DNA from: Macrostomum lignano | Lineage: Eukaryota | Length of the DNA stretch: 50,091 nucleotides | Assembly (NCBI GenBank): GCA_002269645.1 | Contig: NIVC01004332.1 | Coordinates: forward strand, 1-50,091 | Reading direction: 5' to 3' | Part shown: piece after piece, positions 1 to 9,320 of the stretch | Position numbering within the stretch: the stretch's first letter is position 1 | Layout of the letters: each line of letters begins with the position of its first letter | The notes under the pieces: model-generated | The model's database searches: none | Told to the model about the DNA's origin: nothing | Seen by the model: only the letters and a program-made list of their open reading frames with translations | Program-made: the position numbers and the translations under genes

Positions 1-260
1 CTCAGGTCGCAGGTAGGGATCCAGCACGGGTTGCAACACGATAGCAGCATCCGATTTGAACAACTTTGCTTTGCTCGTCTAGCCGTGTAGTGCCCGCTTT
101 TTTTGGAATGGCGATGATGCCATGGTCCACTCGTGGGTGCCATTTCACCGGAGAAGCACGCGCAGTTAATCTCGATGGGCCACTTCGTCCGCGACCCAGC
201 GCCTTGCCGCCGGCGTCTTCTGGGCGAGCATTACGACTTCAGCCATGGTGACTGGCACCG
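1..260 (-). mobile_element. Degenerate non-LTR retrotransposon (RTE/LINE-like) reverse transcriptase fragment, frameshifted, running off the window edge
   Basis: Minus-strand translation across frames gives GKALG/ADEV/PIE ... EWT ... IIAIPKKAGTTRLDE ... AKLF/NRMLLS/LQPVLDPYLRPE. This matches the pre-RT and RT domain-1 region of LINE ORF2 (W..A.I.PIPKK ... AKL.NR.LL.RL...LDP.LR.EQ). Confidence 0.75.
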
Positions 261-633
261 TTAAAAACTGTCCTCTGACGGCAACGGCGTTCTCTGGCGG
301 CAGCGTCAGGATGTTAGGCAGCAGGGGTGGCGGCGCGTTGATTATGGCGACTAATTAACTAAGAGTTTGATAAAATATTGAGCTTATTCAACGCATTGAT
401 AGGCAACCTGCATGCACTTTTTTGGTGAGCGAAACCACCTTTCAGATTCATCCACTCGATATTGAAACGATGCTCAACTACTCGTAGCACGACTTGCTCG
501 TAGCCAAAGACCCGTCACAGTGGCATACAGCACCGTTGCTGCTCAGGCAGAGCTCTCGTACAATTACGAGCGTAGCGGCAAACAAAAGTGCAGGTGCAAA
601 TTTGTTCTCGCTGACCGCTCGCTGACGCATGCG

Positions 634-716
634 GGCAGGTGGGAGGCAGCGGGCAGGTGGGAGGCAGCAGCTGGCAGGTGAAAGGCAGAGGGCAGGTGAG
701 TGGCAGACCCTATAAA
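634..716 (+). promoter_or_regulatory. Core promoter of peptide gene copy 1: four GGCAGGTG E-boxes, one CAGCTG, and a TATA box
   Basis: CAGGTG at 636, 654, 675 and 693; CAGCTG at 668; TATAAA at 711-716, 105 nt upstream of the ATG at 821. Confidence 0.65.
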
Positions 717-820
717 TGCGAGCTGCTCAACTCGCAGTGAAATCAAGCTCAACTCGACTTCTCCTGCTACAAGTTTCTCTCTCTGCTTGCAACTCAGCCA
801 CATCCAATCGTCTGCTCAAC

Positions 821-1249
821 ATGAAGGTGCTCTGCTTCTGTCTGCTGGCTCTCCTGGCGATGCAGGTAAGCGAGCAACTCGGATATTTTCAACAAAAGGG
901 AATACTCGTACATTTGCTCTCAGAATGCCGTAAAGTGTTGATTCTGTCTCGGTCCTTAATCCAACTTACCCGGCTCAAGTCCTGATCATGTGCGGTCAGA
1001 TTACCTGATCTCTCGAGCTCTCAGTCCCTGAGCAAGTCTCTCCGCCCCGACCTCCTCTCGCAGCTCGACTCCGGCCTCGCCTGCAGCGGCGGCGACCGCT
1101 CCTGCGCCGGCACCTGCTACAGCCCGAGAACGCACCGCTGCATTGACGGCTACTTCCTGTGCCCCAGGTACCACTGGAAGTGCGGCGTGGCCTGCTACAA
1201 TCCGTGGATGTACCGCTGCGTGAGGGGCCAGCTGAAGCTTCGTGGCTAG
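821..1249 (+). CDS. Secreted 89-aa cysteine-rich peptide, CBM52 (Carb_bind)-like, copy 1; exons 821-865 and 1025-1249
   Basis: ATG 821; donor CAG|GTAAGC at 865/866; acceptor TCTCAG| at 1024/1025; TAG 1247-1249. Protein: MKVLCFCLLALLAMQSLSKSLRPDLLSQLDSGLACSGGDRSCAGTCYSPRTHRCIDGYFLCPRYHWKCGVACYNPWMYRCVRGQLKLRG. It has a signal peptide and 8 mature Cys. This spliced frame is absent from the ORF track. Confidence 0.88.
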
Positions 1250-1405
1250 CTGTGATGGCAAGGATGACCGCTGCGAGCTGCGCCTGCTGGTAGTGGCCAC
1301 GGATGTCCGACTGAATGACCGTCCACTGCTTGACTCTGATTGGCGCTGTTTCATGAGATTTTATCAGTTCCATAATTGTATCTGAGAAATCAATATCAGC
1401 TGATT

Positions 1406-1411
1406 AATAAA
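1406..1411 (+). terminator. Candidate polyadenylation signal AATAAA of peptide gene copy 1
   Basis: AATAAA about 157 nt after the stop codon. Confidence 0.5.
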
Positions 1412-1829
1412 AGTTGAGCTGCAAATTACAAAGCGAATTGTTTGCATGAGCTGCATACGTGTTAAATCGGTTTTTTATATCTCAGTGGCACTCGATATGA
1501 GTTTTTAGCAATGCGCGCATCAATGCTGGAATAGCTGTATAACATTGAGCCATTGGAAACTGCAGTTCACGCAGTGTCTGTTCAAGCAATAGCACTAGTT
1601 CCATTGCACATGAAACTGCCATGTTAAGCCATGTACTTGTACAAGTATATAACTGTTTACTTTCTAATCCAGCTTATTAGAAAAAATACTGTAGTTTATG
1701 AATAGTAATTTATGGTAGTGGGCAAGCCTCAACTGCTGGACATCCTCAGCTAGGTGAAGGTGCCGACGGCGTCGGGGTGATTACGGAATGCTGGAGAGAA
1801 TAGCTGAGAATGTCGAGAAATTCGCATCA

Positions 1830-2025
1830 GGGTTTCAAGAGTCACCTGGTGCCACCTGCTAAGGTCCAGAAGCTACGCCTGGGTAAAGGCCAGTGACCAA
1901 CGAAGTTAGAGCTGATGCAGACACGTGTGATCGACGTGCTGGTGAGATCTGGACGCCTGGAAAGGCTGCACTGAAGCGCAGTGCTGATTGGCGCAAAGGG
2001 GTGTACTGGATACATTGGCGCTATA
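1830..2025. repeat. Dispersed repeat (probable TE relic), second copy at 25750-25900
   Basis: Shared blocks aaggtccagaagct.cgcct, tcgacgtgctg.tga and aaggctgcactga.gcgcagtgctgat.ggcgca...gggtgtactg.atac occur at both sites. Confidence 0.7.
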
Positions 2026-2287
2026 CAGAATCGCCATGAAAGAATCGAATTGCTGAGAGGTCAGGCCTCATGAGTAGAATATTTGAAGATCTTTGGCTCA
2101 TAGGGGTCGGTGAGATGCCAAGGGTCAATATTGGGAGTTGTTGGTAGTCGAAGCATTGAAGGGCCGCCTCCTACTTGCACTTTATGCTATTTAGTCTCGT
2201 GTCGCGGCCGCTGAGTTGGCGGATTTTGGCAAAATATTTCTCGCCAGCCTGATTTGCCAAGCACTGCACTCAAAAGGGACTCCGCAC

Positions 2288-2375
2288 TGTGCAGCAAGAC
2301 CGTGCAGGCCCTCAAAGATGCCTTACGCGCGAGAAGGCCCTACCGACAAGTGGCAATAAAGAGGAGCTAGCTGAC
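2288..2375 (+). pseudogene. Frameshifted SAP-domain coding fragment (likely TE-derived)
   Basis: LCSKTVQALKDALRAR, then after a frameshift LPTSGNKEELADR. This matches the SAP consensus L..L.V..LK..LR.RGL..SG.K..L..RL. Confidence 0.6.
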
Positions 2376-3973
2376 AGGCCGCCTGCTCGCTGCAAGCTCG
2401 AATGCGCCCCCAGCGAGCTTGAGGACGACGACCAGGACGAAGCTGACGCTAAACCAGAGGAGAGCCGGACATAGGAGAGAGGGGAGATTTGATTCGGCTG
2501 CTATCCCGGACTCCCTGGACGTGAGACAGAAATTGGGAGGATGAGAAACCTGTCGCGGCGGCCCTAAGCGGATGGCGTCTGCTAGACAGTCCAATACAAT
2601 ATTTTAATTCCATGCGAGACAGCTGCTCGCACTGCCGCCTGCCCTGCCGCTCGAGCCTGTGGCCGGTCCTGTCGCTGTCAGCTGCCACTTTGACATCAGT
2701 CTGCTCGGCGACTTGGACGCAGAGTTTCTGAGCTCGGGCATTCGCGATAGTCGGCAAACTAGACTGGTTCTGCAAAGTGGCCAAACCTGCAAAGGCCCTG
2801 CTCCGCGCGCGCATGGATATTAACATCGCCATTCATGAGCAGCATCAACGAGTACCGGTGCGTGGCGAGCTCCTAGCCCAGTTGCAGTTCTGGCAACATG
2901 CCAACCGTCCGACGTGTTCCCGACCGACGGGCTCGAGTGCTGGAAGCGGTCGAGACAGAAGCCTGCGTTAGTGCCACTGGCTTGATCCTGAGAACCTCTG
3001 ATGGCCTGCGCGAGTTCCGCCTCGTCGACTTCTGCAGCCTCGGTCTCTGGCGCGGTTCTCGATCGCAGCGAGTTGCGACAGGTGGAGCTGCTGGCGCTTT
3101 GACCTGGCAGGTCCGGTCCGTCTTGTTTTATTTCTTCTGCGCTTCGTTGATTTGATTTGGCCCGAATGTCTCTCCCTCCCGCTTTCATTTGGCGTTGGGG
3201 TTCGCTTCCCCTTTTTGGACCGGTTGTGACAGTCTGTTGTGGCACTTGCTTTTGCTCTGCCTATGTCTTTTGGCGTTTAAGTGGCTCAACAAGGTCAAAA
3301 CGTACATTTAGTTGATTCCAAAAATTATCTCTTCACTTGTTGCATCCCTAACGGGGTGGGGGGGGGGAAATTGCTCGTAAAAAGAGTTAGTCGTACTGAC
3401 AAACACCTGATATCATGGCAAAAGTGGGTGAGTGACAAGAGCACGGATTTGATCCCCAATCACCATTTTCAACTCAGCATCCAGTATACAAGTACATGTA
3501 GTACAGGTTATTACATGTTATTCGTAATTGTGGTAAGATGGAAAAGCTGTAGTCCAGTGTCCCATTTTACACACCTGCAATATGAAGTTATAGCGGTTAT
3601 CGAATTCGATGTAGTCTAATAATAACCGAATGGTCATCCTTGCCTTACTGACAGAATTTGGATTATGTAGCATTAATCTCCATTAATCTCTTGCAGCTAC
3701 ACGCATCTGTATAATCGCTAATGATCAGCGGCAAACCGTTGTCCCCAAAACACCCAGGTGCAGAGTGCGCAGGGCGATTCCTGCGATAGCAAACTCAGTA
3801 TACAGTTTGAACAATTTGTATTTGTAATTTGAGCTCAATGTAATAATTCGGCCAATATATATTTCTGCATGAAAGAGCGCCAATCAGAGTCAAGCAGTGG
3901 ACGGTCATTCAGTCGGACATCCGTGACCAATACCAGCAGGCTCAGCGCGCAGAGGTCATCCTTGCCATCACAG

Positions 3974-4400
3974 CTAGCCGCGAAGCTTCAGCTGGCCCCT
4001 CACGCAGCGGTACATCCACGGATTGTAGCAGGCCACGCCGCACTTCCAGTGGTACCTGGGGCACAGGAAGTAGCCGTCAATGCAGCGGTGCGTTCTCGGG
4101 CTGTAGCAGGTGCCGGCGCAGGAGCGGTCGCTGCCGCTGCAGGCGAGGCCGGAGTCGAGCTGCGAGAGGAGGTCGGGGCGGAGAGACTTGCTCAGGGACT
4201 GAGAGCTCGAGAGATCAGGTAATCTGACCGCATGATCAGGACTTGAGCCGGGTAAGTTGGATTAAGGACCGAGACAGAATCAACACTTTACGGCATTCTG
4301 AGAGCAAATGTACGAGTATTCCCTTTTGTTGAAAATATCCGAGTTGCTCGCTTACCTGCATCGCCAGGAGAGCCAGCAGACAGAAGCAGAGCACCTTCAT
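3974..4400 (-). CDS. Secreted 89-aa CBM52-like peptide, copy 2 (inverted); exons 4400-4356 and 4198-3974
   Basis: Reverse complement of copy 1 with intact GT-AG sites. Only 2 CDS differences: G38S (GGC/AGC) and a synonymous CGT/CGC. Intron is 157 nt versus 159 nt in copy 1. Confidence 0.88.
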
Positions 4401-4507
4401 GTTGAGCAGACGATTGGATGTGGCTGAGTTGCAAGCAGAGAGAGTAAAACTTGTAGCAGGAGAGTTGAGAGTTGAGCTTGATTTCTCTGCGACTTGAGCA
4501 GCTCGCA

Positions 4508-4552
4508 TTTATAGGGTCTGCCACTCACCTGCCCTCTGCCTTTCACCTGCCT
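4508..4552 (-). promoter_or_regulatory. TATA box and two retained CAGGTG E-boxes of peptide gene copy 2
   Basis: TTTATA at 4508-4513 on the + strand; CACCTGCC twice in 4526-4551. Similarity to the copy 1 promoter stops at about 4560. Confidence 0.6.
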
Positions 4553-4640
4553 GCTGCCTCCCTACAATTGTGCAATCAACAAAACAACACCGGAAAAGCC
4601 TACTGGCTTACAGCATTGCTCATGAAATCTTTGAAAAAAT

Positions 4641-4740
4641 TGCAGGTGCTAAAGTTGTTCTCGCTAACCTTCTTTGATGTACGCAGGCTCGCAAGTGGTA
4701 GGCAGCGGGCAAGGTTTGGAGGCAGCGGGCAGGTGCATGG
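4641..4740 (+). repeat. Diverged direct-orientation relic of the peptide-gene upstream region (590-660)
   Basis: tgcaggtgctaaagttgttctcgctaacc versus tgcaggtgcaaatttgttctcgctgacc; ggaggcagcgggcaggtg is shared. No TATA box or ATG follows. Confidence 0.6.
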
Positions 4741-5977
4741 TGGAATAAATAATAAAAAAAAACAATACGAGCATTATCTGTTCACCATTTTTGTAGCAGA
4801 AACGATCGAGGTTCAATAGAGGATCGTAAAAATTGGATACGTTCAGTGACGTTCCTGCAACAAAAAAGTTACGTATCGGAGACGTCGAACTTTCTATTGG
4901 ATACATAATTTTGCTGCTCGGGGGGGGCAACACATTTAGAGGCCTTGGGACAGGTAAATATATGAAAGTCGTTAAAAACAAACGCAGTTAATTGTTGTCT
5001 TTAAGCCCGGCATGTGAATTTTAAAACAAATTATCAAAAGTTTTTGTTAAGTAAGATTTATTAGTAATTGACAAAGTCCTTTCTAATATTAAAAAATATA
5101 TATAAACATTTTAAAAGAAAAACAAATAAAAATTTTATCTTTTAAGCCATAAGTCGTACTTTCCTGCAAAAAATTACCTCGTGGACTCATGACCTTGCTC
5201 GTAGAGTTGTCCAGTGTTTGACATCATAGTTTCTCTGTTAATTAAACATTACTTTGTTATCATTTCATGAGTGATTTAAATTTATAAAACTTCAGCCTTC
5301 ATTTTTAAGTTCTGAGCCCTTTGCTTTGCCGTCTGCTTTTTGTTTTTTTCTACATACGGAGCCTGACCCCTGCACCTTTCATTTGATTAGGGAACAGAAC
5401 AACTAGGCCTAACATTTTATAATCTTAACCTTAACGCTTTAGTACTTTAAGTACTTTATGGACTAAGTACCGACTTACCATTAAGATCTTTTTTTCACTT
5501 TCAAGCTCTAACTCTAGGCCTAGTAATAAAATTAATGCCAATCCATTGTTGAAAAATGAATTTATACAATGACACAGCTGACAATTTTCTTAAAGAAAAG
5601 TAAGGATTATTTTTTTACTTTTTTACTTAGACTTTGTTTACATTTAAAACTCTAAGTAGTCCTACTTAATAGATAATTTAAGTCATTTTTAATTTTTTCT
5701 TATTTATTATACAAATATAGACAGTTGATTTTTTGCTTAAATTAGGGTAGGGCCTAACTAGTGAGAATAAGTAAGTTTAGAAGGCCTTTTTTAAGATATG
5801 CATCTGATAGAAGACTATAGGCCCTACTGGAATTACAAAATAGCTGTAGTCATTAATCATTATAAAATAATAAAAAAGTTAGCTTTTTTAAACAATTTAA
5901 ATAGGCCTAGAAAAGTATAAATGTTATAAATAATCTATTGCTGCAAATATATCTTATACAGTTTCTAGTTTCTAGTA

Positions 5978-6290
5978 GGGGTTGTAGCCTAGTGGTTAGG
6001 GCGTCGGACTCACGACTTGAAGGTCGGGGGTTCGATTCCCGATCCCTCTGCAACAATTTGTGTCCTTGAGCAAGACACTTAACTCTGCGTTGCTTCAGTT
6101 TACCCAGCTGTAAAATGGGTACTAGCATTAGCTGGGGTAATTGAGGGTGTGTGTGGCGACCCCCCAGTCCTTGGACAGTTGGACTGAACAGCCGTACGCA
6201 GCCTTCAGATGCGCCGTGCAATAGCTGCGGCTGAGCTGTCGGTTGCACATCTGCCCATTGGGCAGGTGTAATCAATTATTATTATTATTA
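5978..6290 (+). mobile_element. tRNA-derived CORE-SINE, full length
   Basis: A box TAGCCTAGTGG and B box GGTTCGATTCC; central TGTGTCCTTGAGCAAGACACTTAAC...CAGTTTACCCAGCTGTAAAATGGG resembles the MIR CORE domain; (ATT)n tail. A second copy lies at 26049-26362 (-). Confidence 0.88.
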
Positions 6291-8843
6291 GTTTCTATGC
6301 TTTTTAGTGCCTAGCATTTTGGTATTGCAGATTGCTTTTAGTTTTAGGTATCTCAGTTTGTGATAGGCCTAGGCCTATACAAATAATAAAGTAATCTTTT
6401 TACAATATAATGAATTTTCTCAAAAACTTTCCATTTTCCCAAGAAAAGTAGTATTCTGTTAATTAATTAGAGAATTCTATTTAGGTTACTTTTATTTGCT
6501 GTAAATCCATGCATACAAACCTACAAGGCTACACTTGACTTAGAATGCATGCTAAAAAGGCTTTCTTAGGTAATAATGATAACTAACAATGATGCCATAT
6601 TATATTTTTGATCAAAATTATGAAATATGACAAATCTCTTTTAGGATGATTTTATTTATTGAGTAATATACAATCATTTTTTGATTTTTTTTAAAAATCA
6701 AAACAAAAAAGTAAATAAAATAAGAGCTACTTTTTCAAAAAATATAAATAGGCCTAATATGCCAATATACCACAATAAAAAGCTATCATTTTCAATTTTG
6801 ATTGCAAAGCAGTTATTTAATTAAGGCTCACTTTCTATTTTTGTTTTCAATTTTAATTCATCATTTAGGCACAAAAAGCAAACTAAGGCACCAAAATGCT
6901 AGGCACCAAAAAACATATACCTCTTATATTAGGCCTAGCCACTAATAATGGTTAGATAAGATTGGAGTCATTAGGCACAATGATCATTAGAAATAATTTT
7001 TTTCTAAAGTTTATTAGGATTAAGTCTCTTAATGTATTGTAGTTTGTAAGTCTATATAGAATTATAAAGAAGGGATATACAATTAATTAAGTTGAACAAA
7101 CAACATTAATATCATATCAAAAGGTAGGTCTAAAACATGAAACATGGCAAAATGTTTTTAAACTTTTGGGTGTTTTTAAAGGATACTAGCAATCTAGTGC
7201 CCCCCTTTGAGGTGTGCAATAAACAAGGAGCAAAAATATTTGTGGAAAACAATTAAAAAGGCACATTTTCCTAAAAACAAATTCTTTTTTTCAGTTTTAT
7301 AAAAAACTTTATATATAAAAAATCTATCCTTACATTAGAGAACAAACAATTTTGGCTAAGCACACCTATTATATATTTAAAAAGAATGCAACGTGCTTTA
7401 ATTAAAGCATGTGCTCTAATTTAAAATGTCCAGAAATGCAAATCTGTAAATCTGGTCTACCTTTCCTAATAAACTTATACTAGAGTTTACAGTCAAACAA
7501 AAAGAAGCTGCTTGATCATGTGAGATAAGATTTGCTGGCAGTCTTTCCCTCCTAACAAGCATAGCTCTTTTGTGTATCTGTGGAAAGCCAAGCTAGTGTA
7601 CCTAGATATAGTACATATATATGATGAGTTTATTCAGAGCATTCAAGCAACTGATTAGGCCAATTTGCTCAAAAAACTATAGCACTTAAACTAAACTATA
7701 AGATACAAGCCTGCAATGTATGTTGGTATAATATTCATATATCAATTAAGACATGTTTTTGCCAACCTTGCCACTTATGATTCTAGTATACATATGATAT
7801 CATATAGACTATTGATATATTGTAATATAATATGATGATTTAGTGGATGCAGCAAGTTGTCCAATGCTGAGATAATAATAAGACAGTTTAGTTGATTTCT
7901 TTTAACCATGTTTTAGTATGACAACTTTGGCTAGAGCTATCAAAATGCCTGTCTTAAGGCTCTACTCGTAAAGAAGCCAACATCCTTAGTCAGACTTGGA
8001 ACAAAGAGCTTGGTTATACCTTAAAAGCATCAAAGGATAATGTATCATTTGCCCTTAAAATTGTCTTTATAGGCCTTATATCATTCATAATTATAATTTA
8101 TTTAATGGCTCATAGCAGTGACTCTTTGACTAGTTGGTATGGGCTGCCAGCCTATTCATAAGCTCCTCTTAGATAGCCACTTAAAAAGCTATATTAGGCA
8201 AGCCCTCATAGAGTAGAATGTTGGATTTTATATTTAACTAAAAAGCAAATTTTGCAAGCTTTTTGTAAATTTAGGCATTAAGACTCTAGCTAAAAGAAGA
8301 CATTAAATATTTATGCTTTTCTAGACTGTTTTGATATTAAACTATTTTTTATTTGCAAAGTTGTCTAGACTCTTATAAACACAAGTAATTAATCATATAA
8401 AGCATAGATATGCTCGTACACAGCACATACTACCAAAATCTCCATGTTTCATTTTCTTAAATCTCACAAGACTCAGAAAAGAAAACAAAACCAGTGCCTT
8501 CCTTGCTTTACTTTCTTTTTTTATCAACCCTACTGTACAAAAATGATTTTTCAATCTTTTCTACTATTAGTAGGCTCATTTGCTTTTTTAAAGTTTTTAC
8601 TTGCAAACATTTTGATTGATTCAATGAAAGTTTTCTTAAATAAGTTCAGCTAAAATACGAGTAAAATGAAAGTTCATGTTGAATTCGATTCAAATATAAA
8701 GCCTGGCTGTGCAGAGCCAGCCAACTAGCAACCCCTGCATAAATCGTGTCTCTCCCTCTTCACCCATTTTTGACAGCATTCGTCCTACCACTTTGGCGTC
8801 ATCAACTGTGGGCTCAGGCCATCAAATAGGGCAACAGCAGTTG

Positions 8844-8918
8844 ATGACTTTAGCATCTTCTTCATCAGCTTCTGCAGTTAAAACTAAACCGCCGTTAGCG
8901 CTTAGTAACTGCGAGGAG
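8844..8918 (+). CDS. Candidate alternative first coding exon (1a) of centrosomin-like gene A: MTLASSSSASAVKTKPPLALSNCEE
   Basis: Strong phase-0 donor GAG|GTAAGT at 8918, compatible with the phase-0 exon at 10930. It extends the CM1 helix plausibly. Confidence 0.55.
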
Positions 8919-9320
8919 GTAAGTGTGTGCGCAGAGTGTACGCAGTGCTGTGCAGGGCCTAAACTCGTTTGGCTAGAAAGAGAGAGAGGGGGAGAGAGGA
9001 TAGAGCCATAGGGGGCAGGGGTGGATCGAACGGCGGACCCCTGCCCCTGAAGCAGCAGCAGCCAAGCAAAATCAGCCCCCATTTCCATCCTTCTTCGAAC
9101 CCTCCTCCCCCATCAGCCTCTCCCTGAAGCATCGAGCCTCGCCCTCGAGAAAGTATGTACACAGTACAGTCCAGTCCAGTACAGTCCCAGTATTGCATGC
9201 ACACTGGCGGATCGCACAGTTTATAATTAGACTGCTGATGAAATTGAATTTGCCCCCATGTTGAATCGAATCGAAGAGTGAAAACACGCTCGAAATATTG
9301 TGCTATTGATCAGCTCAGAC

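Noticed and set aside
1001-1354. 117-aa ORFs 1001-1354 (-) and 3869-4222 (+), and ORFs 716-985 / 4236-4508
   Set aside because: They are antisense shadows or intron read-throughs of the spliced peptide genes, which have TATA, signal peptide and splice sites.
5978-6050. tRNA gene
   Set aside because: The tRNA-like head continues into a CORE-like domain and tail and has a dispersed copy, so it is a SINE.
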